Assembly (NCBI GenBank): GCA_015064625.1
Contig: SVRW01000003.1
Span: 19,996-83,995, forward strand
Source: Oscillospiraceae bacterium
GTDB lineage: Bacteria; Bacillota; Clostridia; Oscillospirales; CAG-382
DNA: 64,000 nucleotides
Direction: 5' to 3'
This document shows, piece by piece, positions 1 to 8,781 of this stretch (position 1 is the first letter of the stretch; every line of letters starts with the position of its first letter). The notes below the pieces were generated by a model. That model was given only the letters and a program-made list of their open reading frames with translations, ran no database searches and had not been told where the DNA came from. A program made the position numbers and the translations under genes.

Positions 1-172
1 CCGCTGAAAAAGTGAGGTTTTAAGCGGATTTTCTGCTCCGTCCGACGTCAAATTCCTAAAATTCAATTTCAAAGTCCAAAAACTTTGAAAAATGCCAAAA
101 AACGCTGTGGTGGGCGAGGTTTTCTCGCTCACTATGGTAAGGCAGAAGGTCAACTTTAAAACGCTTTGATGA

Positions 173-201
173 TTGCATTAAAAACGTCAGCGTGATATAC
201 T
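173..201 (+). promoter_or_regulatory. sigmaA-type promoter for an orphan short transcript
   Basis: TTGCAT-N17-TATACT. Confidence 0.5.
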
Positions 202-327
202 CGTGTGACGAGTCGGGTGTGCTGACGAATGTGCTTGAGTGTGGGATAAACGCTGGTAAAGCATACTATTCCGCAGGGTATTTATATGATGCCCTGAACA
301 TAGTTGGGGGAATGAATTAAAAGATAA

Positions 328-383
328 GGCGGGCTGTTGAAGTAGCAACGAAAAATTTTGCTATTTCAGCAGCCCGCTTTTTG
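328..383. terminator. intrinsic terminator, probably also used by convergent birA
   Basis: GCGGGCTGTTGAAGTAGCAA...TTGCTATTTCAGCAGCCCGC followed by a T-tract. Confidence 0.8.
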
Positions 384-421
384 AAAATTTAAATTTATTC
401 AAATTTTTGGCTTTTTCCTGA

Positions 422-1180
422 TTAAACTCTCACGCTTATCTCCCCGAAGGACAAATTTTCCGTTTCGCCATTTTCGTATTTAACGAGGAGGTTACAATTT
501 TCGTCTATATCCAAAGCGAGAGCTTTTTTCACGGAATCTCTTTTATGAACAGAGATTTCTTTCCCTAAAACAACGCTCTTTCTTTTATATTCTTCTATGA
601 AGCCTTTGGAGTAAGAAAAGAAATTATTTATAATCTTTGCAATTATTTCGTTTCTTGCGTTATCTGCAGGTGAGTCGAAAACGCTTCCAGCTATATTCTT
701 TATCTCCTCGGGGAAACCTTCATTGGGAGGATAAACGTTTATACCGATGCCTACAATGATATATTCAGTTTTTCCGTTTTCTACTCCCGCTTCAGCCAAA
801 ATTCCGCAAACCTTTTTTCCGTCTTTCAGTATGTCGTTGACCCATTTTATGCCGAATTTTTCTCCCGATACTTCTTCTAAAGCATTACAAACCGCAACTG
901 CGGTATAAGCTGTGAGAAGTCCTGTGTCTGTTTTTTCATCGGGACGGATAAGTAAGCTCATGTATATTCCGCTGTGTGAGGGGGAATAAAATTGTCTTCC
1001 CAGCCGTCCTCTTCCTGCTTTTTGGTTTTCTGCGATTACCACCGTTCCCGTTTCAGCTCCCGCTTTTGCCAGCTCTTTAAGGTCGAGATTCGTTGAATCG
1101 GTTGTTCCGTGAATGGTGAGGGTTGCTTTGACCTTCAAAAGCTTTTCTATATATTCAGCGTTTATTCTGTCATTTGTCAT
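422..1180 (-). CDS. birA: biotin-[acetyl-CoA carboxylase] ligase without an N-terminal HTH
   Basis: DSTN, QKAGRGRLGR, KWVND and KVCGIL motifs; 252 aa. Confidence 0.93.
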   Translation of the reverse strand: MTNDRINAEYIEKLLKVKATLTIHGTTDSTNLDLKELAKAGAETGTVVIAENQKAGRGRLGRQFYSPSHSGIYMSLLIRPDEKTDTGLLTAYTAVAVCNALEEVSGEKFGIKWVNDILKDGKKVCGILAEAGVENGKTEYIIVGIGINVYPPNEGFPEEIKNIAGSVFDSPADNARNEIIAKIINNFFSYSKGFIEEYKRKSVVLGKEISVHKRDSVKKALALDIDENCNLLVKYENGETENLSFGEISVRV

Positions 1181-1271
1181 TTAAGTATTCGTCCTTTTTC
1201 AAGAAAAATCTTATTTTTTGTATTATAATCTATTTTTTGTTTCAATTCAATATGTAAGTTGAAAAATTGGG

Positions 1272-1300
1272 TTGACTTTTTTGGATGGAAGTGGTAAAAT
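1272..1300 (+). promoter_or_regulatory. sigmaA promoter of the ThuA operon
   Basis: TTGACT-N17-TAAAAT with TG extended -10. Confidence 0.6.
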
Positions 1301-1356
1301 GTGTCCGTTAGATTATGGACGTTGGAGCGTCCGAGAAAAAATTATAGAGGTGCATT

Positions 1357-2184
1357 ATGAAAAAATACCCTGTTGCGTTACAGCTTTATTCCGTTCGTGA
1401 TTTCTGCGAACAAGATTTTGAAGGAACTATCAAAAAAGTAAAAGACATGGGCTATGACGGCGTTGAATTTGCAGGAACGTATGGCAGAGATGCAAAAGCT
1501 CTCGCTGAATACTGCAAGAGCATCGGAATTGTTCCCATTTCTGCACACGTTGCATATGCAGAATTGATGTCCAACGTTCCCGCTGTTGTTAAGTATTATG
1601 CAGAGATTGGCGTTAAATATATCGCTATTCCTTATCTTGCAGAAGATGACCGTCCTTGCAAAAAGAACTACGACGAACTTCTCAAAAACATTAAGGTAAT
1701 TTCCGCAGAATGTAAAAAATACGGTATTGAACTTGCTTATCATAACCACGATTTCGAATTTGAGGTTGTTGACGGAGTATACGCTCTTGATAAGCTTTAT
1801 ACAGATCTTACTCCCGACGAACTCAAAACAGAGCTTGACCTTTGTTGGGTAAACGTTGGCGGTGAAAACCCCTCAACTTATATCCTCAAATATTCCGACA
1901 GAGCACCTATTGTTCATTTCAAGGATTTCGCTGGTAAGGCAAATGGCAAAATGTACGCTCTTATCGGTGTTGACGATGATGCTGATACTTCCGAAAAAAC
2001 TGATTCTCCTTTCGAGTTCAGACCTGTTGGAAAAGGCTATCAGAAATTCCCTGAAATTCTCGAGTCCGTTAAGAAATGTAACACAGAATGGATCGTTGTT
2101 GAACAGGATCAGACAAGCATGGGTCTTTCTTCTCTTGAATGTGCAGAAGAAAGCATCAAGTATCTTAACACCATTAACAAATAA
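1357..2184 (+). CDS. sugar phosphate isomerase/epimerase family (xylose-isomerase-like TIM barrel)
   Basis: [22 protein letters not shown] and VEQD metal motifs. Confidence 0.88.
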   Translation: MKKYPVALQLYSVRDFCEQDFEGTIKKVKDMGYDGVEFAGTYGRDAKALAEYCKSIGIVPISAHVAYAELMSNVPAVVKYYAEIGVKYIAIPYLAEDDRPCKKNYDELLKNIKVISAECKKYGIELAYHNHDFEFEVVDGVYALDKLYTDLTPDELKTELDLCWVNVGGENPSTYILKYSDRAPIVHFKDFAGKANGKMYALIGVDDDADTSEKTDSPFEFRPVGKGYQKFPEILESVKKCNTEWIVVEQDQTSMGLSSLECAEESIKYLNTINK

Positions 2185-2195
2185 TTACGGGTATT

Positions 2196-2915
2196 ATGGA
2201 AAAAATAAGAGTAACTGTCTGGAATGAGTTCAGACATGAAAAAATGGAAGATTCCGTAAAGTCGGTTTATCCCGATGGAATTCATAAGGTTATTGCAGAT
2301 TTTCTTGAAAGTGACGGCTTTTTGGTGAGAACTGCTGTTCTTGATGATGATCACTGCGGAATAACGGATGAATTGCTTGAGAATACGGACGTTCTTATCT
2401 GGTGGGGTCATATGGCACATCATGAAGTTCCGGACCATATTGCCGCAAAGGTAAGGGATGCTGTTCTGAAAGGAATGGGAATGGTATTTCTTCATTCGGG
2501 GCATCATTCAAAGCCTTTCCGACTTCTTATGGGAACGACCTGCAATCTTTCATGGAGAGAGCATGGCGACAGAGAACGTTTGTGGGTTGTAGACCCTTCT
2601 CATCCTATTGCAAAAGGTATTGACAGATATGTGAATATTCCACATGAGGAAACCTATGCAGAGCCTTTCGATATTCCCGAACCCGAAAAGCTTGTGTTTA
2701 TCGGCTGGTACGATGGGGGAGAGGTTTTCAGAAGCGGATGCTGTTACCATAGAGGAAACGGAAACATTTTCTATTTCCAACCTGGTCACGAAACGTTCCC
2801 GACTTATAAAATCCCCGAAATTCAGACGATAATCAAAAACGCAGTAAGATGGGCTGCTCCCGTTTACAGGGTGAATGAGCTTGTTTGCCCCAATATAGAA
2901 AAGCTTACTGACTGA
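2196..2915 (+). CDS. thuA: trehalose utilization protein ThuA family
   Basis: [27 protein letters not shown] and FQPGHET signatures. Confidence 0.93.
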   Translation: MEKIRVTVWNEFRHEKMEDSVKSVYPDGIHKVIADFLESDGFLVRTAVLDDDHCGITDELLENTDVLIWWGHMAHHEVPDHIAAKVRDAVLKGMGMVFLHSGHHSKPFRLLMGTTCNLSWREHGDRERLWVVDPSHPIAKGIDRYVNIPHEETYAEPFDIPEPEKLVFIGWYDGGEVFRSGCCYHRGNGNIFYFQPGHETFPTYKIPEIQTIIKNAVRWAAPVYRVNELVCPNIEKLTD

Positions 2916-2929
2916 TAGAGGAGAAAATT

Positions 2930-3895
2930 ATGAAATTATCTGTTTTGACAGTTCCCCTTCAGGGCGTTTCCGCTGACGAGGCTTTCAAATACTTAAGTTC
3001 TCTCGGTGTGGAAGCCGTTGAATTGGGAACAGGCGGTTATACAAATCATAACCATTGTAACCCCGATATTCTTTTGAACGATGAAAGCAAAATCGATGCC
3101 CTCAAAGCATCTCTTGACAAATACGGCTTGGAAATAAGCGCGCTTTCTTGTCATGGAAACCCCGTTCATCCCGATAAAGCTGTTGCAAAGGAATATCATG
3201 ACGTTTACGTTAAAACCTGCAAGCTTGCAAAGAAGCTTGGAGTTAAAACTGTAGTTACTTTCTCAGGTTGTCCCGGCGACAGCGAAAACTCGATCCGTCC
3301 CAACTGGGTAACTATTTCATGGCCTCCCGAATATGGCGAGACTTTGGATTATCAGTGGAACGACGTTCTTATTCCTTATTGGAAATCTGCTGCAGAAATA
3401 GCAAATGAAAACGGAGTTGAAAAAATCGCTTTCGAAATGCATCCAGGCTTTTGCGTTTATAACCCTGCAACAATGCTCAGACTCAGAGAAGCTGTAGGAC
3501 CTATCCTTGGCGCAAACTTTGACCCTTCACATCTTATATGGCAGGGTATGGATCCTGTCGCCGCTCTTAAAGAGCTTAAAGGCGCAGTTTATCATTTCCA
3601 CGCTAAAGATACAAAGGTTGATCCTTATAATAAGGCGAAAAACGGTGTTCTTGATACAGGTAAATACGGTGACCTTTCCGACAGAAGCTGGGTGTTCAGA
3701 ACCGTTGGTTACGGTACAGATATGAATGCTTGGAAGGATATTATGTCAACGCTCCGCCTTATCGGATATGACGGTGCAGTAAGCATTGAACATGAAGATG
3801 GACTTATGTCAATAAAGCAGGGTCTTGAAAAAGCTATAGCCTTTATGAAAGAGGTTATGATAACTGAAAAACCTGCTGAAATGTGGTGGGCGTAG
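2930..3895 (+). CDS. sugar phosphate isomerase/epimerase family (second TIM barrel of ThuA-type clusters)
   Basis: SCHGNPVHP, EMHPG, NFDPSH, HAKD, SIEHED and C-terminal MWWA. Confidence 0.88.
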   Translation: MKLSVLTVPLQGVSADEAFKYLSSLGVEAVELGTGGYTNHNHCNPDILLNDESKIDALKASLDKYGLEISALSCHGNPVHPDKAVAKEYHDVYVKTCKLAKKLGVKTVVTFSGCPGDSENSIRPNWVTISWPPEYGETLDYQWNDVLIPYWKSAAEIANENGVEKIAFEMHPGFCVYNPATMLRLREAVGPILGANFDPSHLIWQGMDPVAALKELKGAVYHFHAKDTKVDPYNKAKNGVLDTGKYGDLSDRSWVFRTVGYGTDMNAWKDIMSTLRLIGYDGAVSIEHEDGLMSIKQGLEKAIAFMKEVMITEKPAEMWWA

Positions 3896-4130
3896 GAATT
3901 TAATTCGGAATGCGGAATTCGGAATTCGGAATAATGGGCTAACGTTAAACGCATTAGGCGGTATAAATTCATATTTCAGAATAATAAATCGCTCGGTTCG
4001 GGGTTATACCTTGAATCGAGCGATTTCTGATTATATGACTATAATTTAATTATACCGTTTTATAATATTTTTTCGACCGAAGTGAGAAAAATTTCCATAA
4101 TTCCGCATTCCGAATTCCGAATTACGCATT
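3896..4130. repeat. palindromic intergenic element with inverted heptamer-repeat arms
   Basis: AATTCGGAATGCGGAATTCGGAATTCGGAAT at the left end, AATTCCGCATTCCGAATTCCGAATT at the right end, internal hairpin AAATCGCTCGGTTC...GAATCGAGCGATTT. Confidence 0.75.
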
Positions 4131-4142
4131 GACAAATTGCCC

Positions 4143-4171
4143 TTGACATTTAGAAAAAAATGGGTTATAAT
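4143..4171 (+). promoter_or_regulatory. consensus sigmaA promoter
   Basis: TTGACA-N17-TATAAT. Confidence 0.85.
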
Positions 4172-4205
4172 TACTATGTTTAAATATGCGACATTTTAAG
4201 GAAAG

Positions 4206-5450
4206 GTGTTTTTTGTAATGAGCAGTTTTATAAATTTTGAAAACGCAAATAACTTACTTAATGCAGAAATTGATTTTTCAAATAAAGTGAGCGGACTTAA
4301 ACCTTCCGCTATACGTGAAATATTCAAATCTCTTTCAGACCCTGAAATGATATCCTTTGCCGCGGGTAACCCTTCGCCTCTTTCTTTCCCTACAGAGCAA
4401 ATTAAGGAAATTGCAGGCGATATCTTTACAAACAGACCTGTTGAGGCTTTGCAGTATAGCATAACCGAAGGATATCCAAAATTGAGAACACAAGTTGAAG
4501 ACCGTCTCAAAAGTAAATTCGGAATCAATATGGACGGTATGACTACAATTATTACAACGGGCGGACAGCAGGGTATTGACCTTACGGCAAAGGCTCTCTG
4601 TAACGAAGGAGATATTATCATTACGGAAAATCCTTCCTTTATCGGTGCGCTTAACGCTTTCAGAGCATATAACGTTGATATAAGAGGGGTTGACCTTGAA
4701 GACGATGGAATGAACCTTTGTCAGCTTGAAAAGATTCTTTCTGAAAACAAAAACGTTAAAATGATTTATACTATTCCTACCTTCCATAACCCGGGCGGAA
4801 TTACAGCTTCCGTTGAAAAAAGAAAAGCGGTTATAGCCTTGGCGGAAAAATACGGTGTAATAATTCTTGAGGATAACCCATACGGAGAATTGAGATTCTC
4901 AGGCGAAGACGTTCCAACTATGAAATCCCTTGATAAAAACGGAGTTGTGGTTTATTGTTCTTCGTTCTCAAAGATTCTTTCCGCAGGTATGAGAGTAGGT
5001 TTCCTTTGCGGAAGAAGCGATATAATTCAGAAGGTTGTTGTTGCAAAGCAGGTAAACGACGTTCATACGAATATTTTCTTCCAGCTTCTTGCTTCTGATT
5101 TTATTTCCAAATATAGCTTGGACGACCACATAAAAGGTATCAGAAAGCTTTATTTTGATAAATGTTCACTTATGCTTTCTGAAATGGATAAGCATTTCCC
5201 CAAGCATATCAAATATACCCGTCCCGAAGGTGGACTTTTCATCTGGGTAACTATGCCAGAAAAATACGATGCGGATTTGTTCGCAAAAGAGGGCGTTGCT
5301 TCAAAAGTTGCCGTAGTTTCGGGTACTGCATTTACTCCAAAGCAGGGTGATAAGAGCTCATCTTTCAGAATGAATTATTCCACTCCCTCTGACGAGCAGA
5401 TAATTTTGGGTGTAGAAAGACTTGGAAAGCTTCTTGAAAGGTACGAATAA
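4206..5450 (+). CDS. PLP-dependent aminotransferase class I/II (start may be ATG 4218)
   Basis: SAIREI, ISFAAGNP, HNPGG, EDNPY and SFSKILSAGMRVG (PLP lysine). Confidence 0.9.
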   Translation: MFFVMSSFINFENANNLLNAEIDFSNKVSGLKPSAIREIFKSLSDPEMISFAAGNPSPLSFPTEQIKEIAGDIFTNRPVEALQYSITEGYPKLRTQVEDRLKSKFGINMDGMTTIITTGGQQGIDLTAKALCNEGDIIITENPSFIGALNAFRAYNVDIRGVDLEDDGMNLCQLEKILSENKNVKMIYTIPTFHNPGGITASVEKRKAVIALAEKYGVIILEDNPYGELRFSGEDVPTMKSLDKNGVVVYCSSFSKILSAGMRVGFLCGRSDIIQKVVVAKQVNDVHTNIFFQLLASDFISKYSLDDHIKGIRKLYFDKCSLMLSEMDKHFPKHIKYTRPEGGLFIWVTMPEKYDADLFAKEGVASKVAVVSGTAFTPKQGDKSSSFRMNYSTPSDEQIILGVERLGKLLERYE

Positions 5451-5452
5451 AA

Positions 5453-6466
5453 ATGGATAAGAATATAAATTCCACAGAGAAAAAGAAAGTTATATTTTCG
5501 GGCATACAGCCCTCGGGAAATCTTACTATTGGTAATTATATCGGTGCTGTAAGAAACTGGATCGATTTGCAGAATGAATATTATTGCTATTTCTGCGTTG
5601 TTGATCTTCACGCTATAACCGTAAGACAAGTTCCCGCAGATTTAAGAAAGAGAACTAAAGAGGTTCTTGCAATTTATCTTGCCGCAGGAATTGACCCCGA
5701 AAAGAACGTTATGTTTGTACAGAGTCATGTTCCAGCCCATGCAGAATTGGCTTGGGTGCTTAATTGCTATACTATGTTCGGTGAGCTTTCCAGAATGACA
5801 CAGTTCAAGGATAAAAGCCGTCTCCATAGCGATAATATCAACGCAGGTCTTTTCACGTATCCCGTTCTTATGGCGGCTGATATTCTTCTTTATCAGACAG
5901 ACCTCGTTCCCACGGGACAGGATCAGAAACAACATATAGAGCTTGCACGCGATATTGCAAACCGTTTTAATGCGGTTTATAGTCCTACGTTCGTTGAACC
6001 TCAACCGTATATTCCGAAAACAACGGCAAAAATTATGTCCCTTTCCGACCCAACGAAGAAAATGAGCAAATCAGATTTCGGCGGCGGAAGCGTTGGTATT
6101 CTTGATTCAAGAGATGATATAATAAGAAAGATAAAGAGAGCCGTTACCGATTCGGGTTCAGAGGTTTGCTACGGAGAGGGAAAAGATGGAATAAACAATC
6201 TTCTCAATATATATACGGCTTTCAGCGGAAAAACACCTGAAGAAGCCGAAAAGGAATTTGCAGGCGTTGGCTACGGCGTTTTCAAAGAAGCTGTAGGCGA
6301 AACAGTTGCTGATTCTCTTAAAGAAATACAGGAAAAATTCAAAATGTATATGGATGATAAGGATTTTCTCGACGGACTTATGGAGAAAAATGCAGAAATT
6401 GCATATTCCAATGCCAGAAAAACGCTTAGCAAGGTATACAGAAAAGTTGGTTTCTATCATCCTTAA
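5453..6466 (+). CDS. trpS: tryptophan--tRNA ligase
   Basis: SGIQPSG, TIGN, YPVLMAADIL, GQDQ and KMSKS. Confidence 0.97.
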   Translation: MDKNINSTEKKKVIFSGIQPSGNLTIGNYIGAVRNWIDLQNEYYCYFCVVDLHAITVRQVPADLRKRTKEVLAIYLAAGIDPEKNVMFVQSHVPAHAELAWVLNCYTMFGELSRMTQFKDKSRLHSDNINAGLFTYPVLMAADILLYQTDLVPTGQDQKQHIELARDIANRFNAVYSPTFVEPQPYIPKTTAKIMSLSDPTKKMSKSDFGGGSVGILDSRDDIIRKIKRAVTDSGSEVCYGEGKDGINNLLNIYTAFSGKTPEEAEKEFAGVGYGVFKEAVGETVADSLKEIQEKFKMYMDDKDFLDGLMEKNAEIAYSNARKTLSKVYRKVGFYHP

Positions 6467-6510
6467 TATTGAGTTTACCTTGATTGATTACACTATTCGG
6501 AGGAAAAACT

Positions 6511-8499
6511 GTGTCAAATAAAAAAGCGGATTATAACGATCAGACTATAGTCGCCCTTAAAGGCGCGGACCGTGTCCGTAAACGCCCTGCGGTTATTTTT
6601 GGCTCGGACGGTATTGAGGGATGCGAGCATTCCTTCTTTGAAATCCTTTCAAACTCCGTTGACGAGGCGAGAGAAGGCTATGGAAGCACTATAAACGTAA
6701 CCGTTGATAAAGACGGAGTTATGAGCGTTGAAGACTTCGGCAGAGGCGTTCCTATGGATTGGAACGAAAACGAACAGCAGTATAACTGGTTCCTTATCTT
6801 CTGCGAAATATATGCGGGCGGAAAATATAATAATGAAGACGGTGGGGCTTACGAGTATTCCTTGGGTCTTAACGGTCTCGGTGCTTGTGCAACACAGTAT
6901 GCTTCCGAATTTATGGAGGTCGTTTCCTGCTCAAAGGGTGTGAAATCCTCCGTTAAGTTCAGAAAAGGTGCTCCCGTAACGGAGCTTGAAAAAGAGCCTT
7001 GTGCAAGAAACAAAACGGGAACTTTTATAAAATGGAAACCTGACAGAGAGGTTTTCACCGATACGGATATCCCTCTTGAATTTTTCAGAAACACCTTGAA
7101 AAAACAAGCTGTTGTAAATAACGGATTGAAGTTCACTCTGAAATATGAGATGAAAAACGGTGAAACCTTTAAGGAAGAATATTTTTACGAGCAGGGAATC
7201 ACAGACTATATAAAGGAAATAGTAGGTGATACAGCTCTTAATGAGCCAGTTCTCTATACTGCCGAGCGTATGGGCAGAGACAGAGACGACAAAAAGGATT
7301 ATAAGCTGAAAATAAATTTCTCCTTTGCTTTTTCAACGGAAGCCGCTAAAATCGAGTATTATCACAACTCATCGTTCCTTGAACATGGCGGTTCTCCCGA
7401 TAAAGCAACCCGTTCCGCTTTCGTCAGTTCTTTTGATAAATGTATCAAGAATATGCCCAAAAGTAACAAGAACGAAAGCAAAATAACGTTCAGCGATATT
7501 GAAGAATCATTGGTTCTTGTTGTAAATTCCTTCTCAACTCAGACATCCTACGAAAACCAAACGAAAAAGGCAATAACGAATACCTTTATAACAAAAGCAA
7601 TGACGGATTTCTTTTCCAAAACGTTGGAGGCTTTCTTTGCAGAGCATCCCTCGGAAACGGAAAAAATCTGTAACCGCATACTTATAAATAAAAGAAGCAG
7701 AGAATCTGCGGAGCATTTAAGACGTGACGTTAAGAAAAAGCTTACGACCACTCTTGATATAAACAATACGGTAGAAAAGTTCGTTCCATGCAGAAGCAAG
7801 GACCCTGAAATTTGCGAGCTTTATATAGTTGAGGGTGATTCCGCTATGTCAAGCTGTAAAACTGCAAGAAACTCCGAATTTCAGGCAATAATGCCCGTAA
7901 GAGGTAAAACCTTCAACTGTCTGAAGGCTAATTCTCTTGAAAAGATTCTTCAAAGCGATATTATAACTGATTTGCTGAAGGTTATCGGTTGCGGTGTTGA
8001 GATAAAAGGGAAGGGAGCGAGTAAGTTTGCCGCTTTCGATATGAAGCTTTTGCGTTGGAATAAGATTATTATCTGTACCGATGCAGACGAAGACGGATAC
8101 CATATCAGAACCCTTATTCTGACTTTGTTTTATACCTTGCTTCCAACTCTTATCAAAGAAGGAAGAATATATATTGCAGAAACGCCTCTTTTCGAGATAG
8201 TTTCAAAAGAAAAGTCCTATTTCGCATATAACGAAGCGGAAAAGGTTCAGATCCTCGAAGAGCTTGGTAACGCAAAATATACAATTCACCGTTCAAAAGG
8301 CTTGGGTGAAAACAATGCGGATATGATGTCCCTCACCACTATGGCACCAGAAACGAGAAGACTTGTGAGAATCATACCTTCCGATAACGAGGAACATACG
8401 GACTTTTTGTTCAATGCTCTCCTTGGAAGCGATATCGATTCAAGAAAAGAATATATATCAAAGCATGGAGCAAAGTACGTGGATATGGCGGACGTGTAG
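6511..8499 (+). CDS. type IIA topoisomerase B subunit (divergent GyrB/ParE-like); GTG start after GGAGG
   Basis: VRKRP, ExxxNxxDE, DFGRG, EGDSA, PVRGK, DADEDG and SKGLGE. Confidence 0.9.
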   Translation: MSNKKADYNDQTIVALKGADRVRKRPAVIFGSDGIEGCEHSFFEILSNSVDEAREGYGSTINVTVDKDGVMSVEDFGRGVPMDWNENEQQYNWFLIFCEIYAGGKYNNEDGGAYEYSLGLNGLGACATQYASEFMEVVSCSKGVKSSVKFRKGAPVTELEKEPCARNKTGTFIKWKPDREVFTDTDIPLEFFRNTLKKQAVVNNGLKFTLKYEMKNGETFKEEYFYEQGITDYIKEIVGDTALNEPVLYTAERMGRDRDDKKDYKLKINFSFAFSTEAAKIEYYHNSSFLEHGGSPDKATRSAFVSSFDKCIKNMPKSNKNESKITFSDIEESLVLVVNSFSTQTSYENQTKKAITNTFITKAMTDFFSKTLEAFFAEHPSETEKICNRILINKRSRESAEHLRRDVKKKLTTTLDINNTVEKFVPCRSKDPEICELYIVEGDSAMSSCKTARNSEFQAIMPVRGKTFNCLKANSLEKILQSDIITDLLKVIGCGVEIKGKGASKFAAFDMKLLRWNKIIICTDADEDGYHIRTLILTLFYTLLPTLIKEGRIYIAETPLFEIVSKEKSYFAYNEAEKVQILEELGNAKYTIHRSKGLGENNADMMSLTTMAPETRRLVRIIPSDNEEHTDFLFNALLGSDIDSRKEYISKHGAKYVDMADV

Positions 8500-8610
8500 C
8501 AAAAACTTCGTTTTTGCAATGAAATCCGAAACTGCGTTTCGGGTGAAATCCGCTTTCGCGGATGAAATGTTGGCTTTGCCAACGTGAAGTTTTTGACTTC
8601 GTCAAAAGTT
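8499..8610. repeat. five-hairpin array with RTGAART linkers (copy 1)
   Basis: five perfect short palindromes separated by ATGAAAT/GTGAAAT/GTGAAGT. Confidence 0.85.
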
Positions 8611-8653
8611 ATGGTAGCTTTCCTCGCTTCTCTCGAAAAGCATTTATATAAAA

Positions 8654-8750
8654 TATTTTTCGAAACGAAGTGAGAAAAATTTCCTTCCCTCCTGCCTTCT
8701 GCCTTCTGCCTCTTGCCTCCTGCCTGAGCGTAGCGGCCTGCCTTGCTGAA
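8654..8750. repeat. TTTTTCGA..GTGAGAAAAATTTC box followed by CTGCCTY heptamer repeats
   Basis: box shared with 4067-4096 and 32492-32520; tandem CTGCCTT/CTGCCTC-like units. Confidence 0.7.
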
Positions 8751-8781
8751 GGCAATTAAATTTAATGTAAAGGAAAAGGAT

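Noticed and set aside
128-155. ATGGTAAGGCAGAAGGTC resembles a tRNA-Thr(GGT) anticodon arm or att remnant
   Set aside because: No D arm, T arm or acceptor stem and no integrase in the window; 1-160 may be an element end, but this cannot be supported here
8499-8610. Hairpin arrays as CRISPR
   Set aside because: The constant part is only 7 nt, the variable parts are 12-19-nt palindromes, and there are no cas genes
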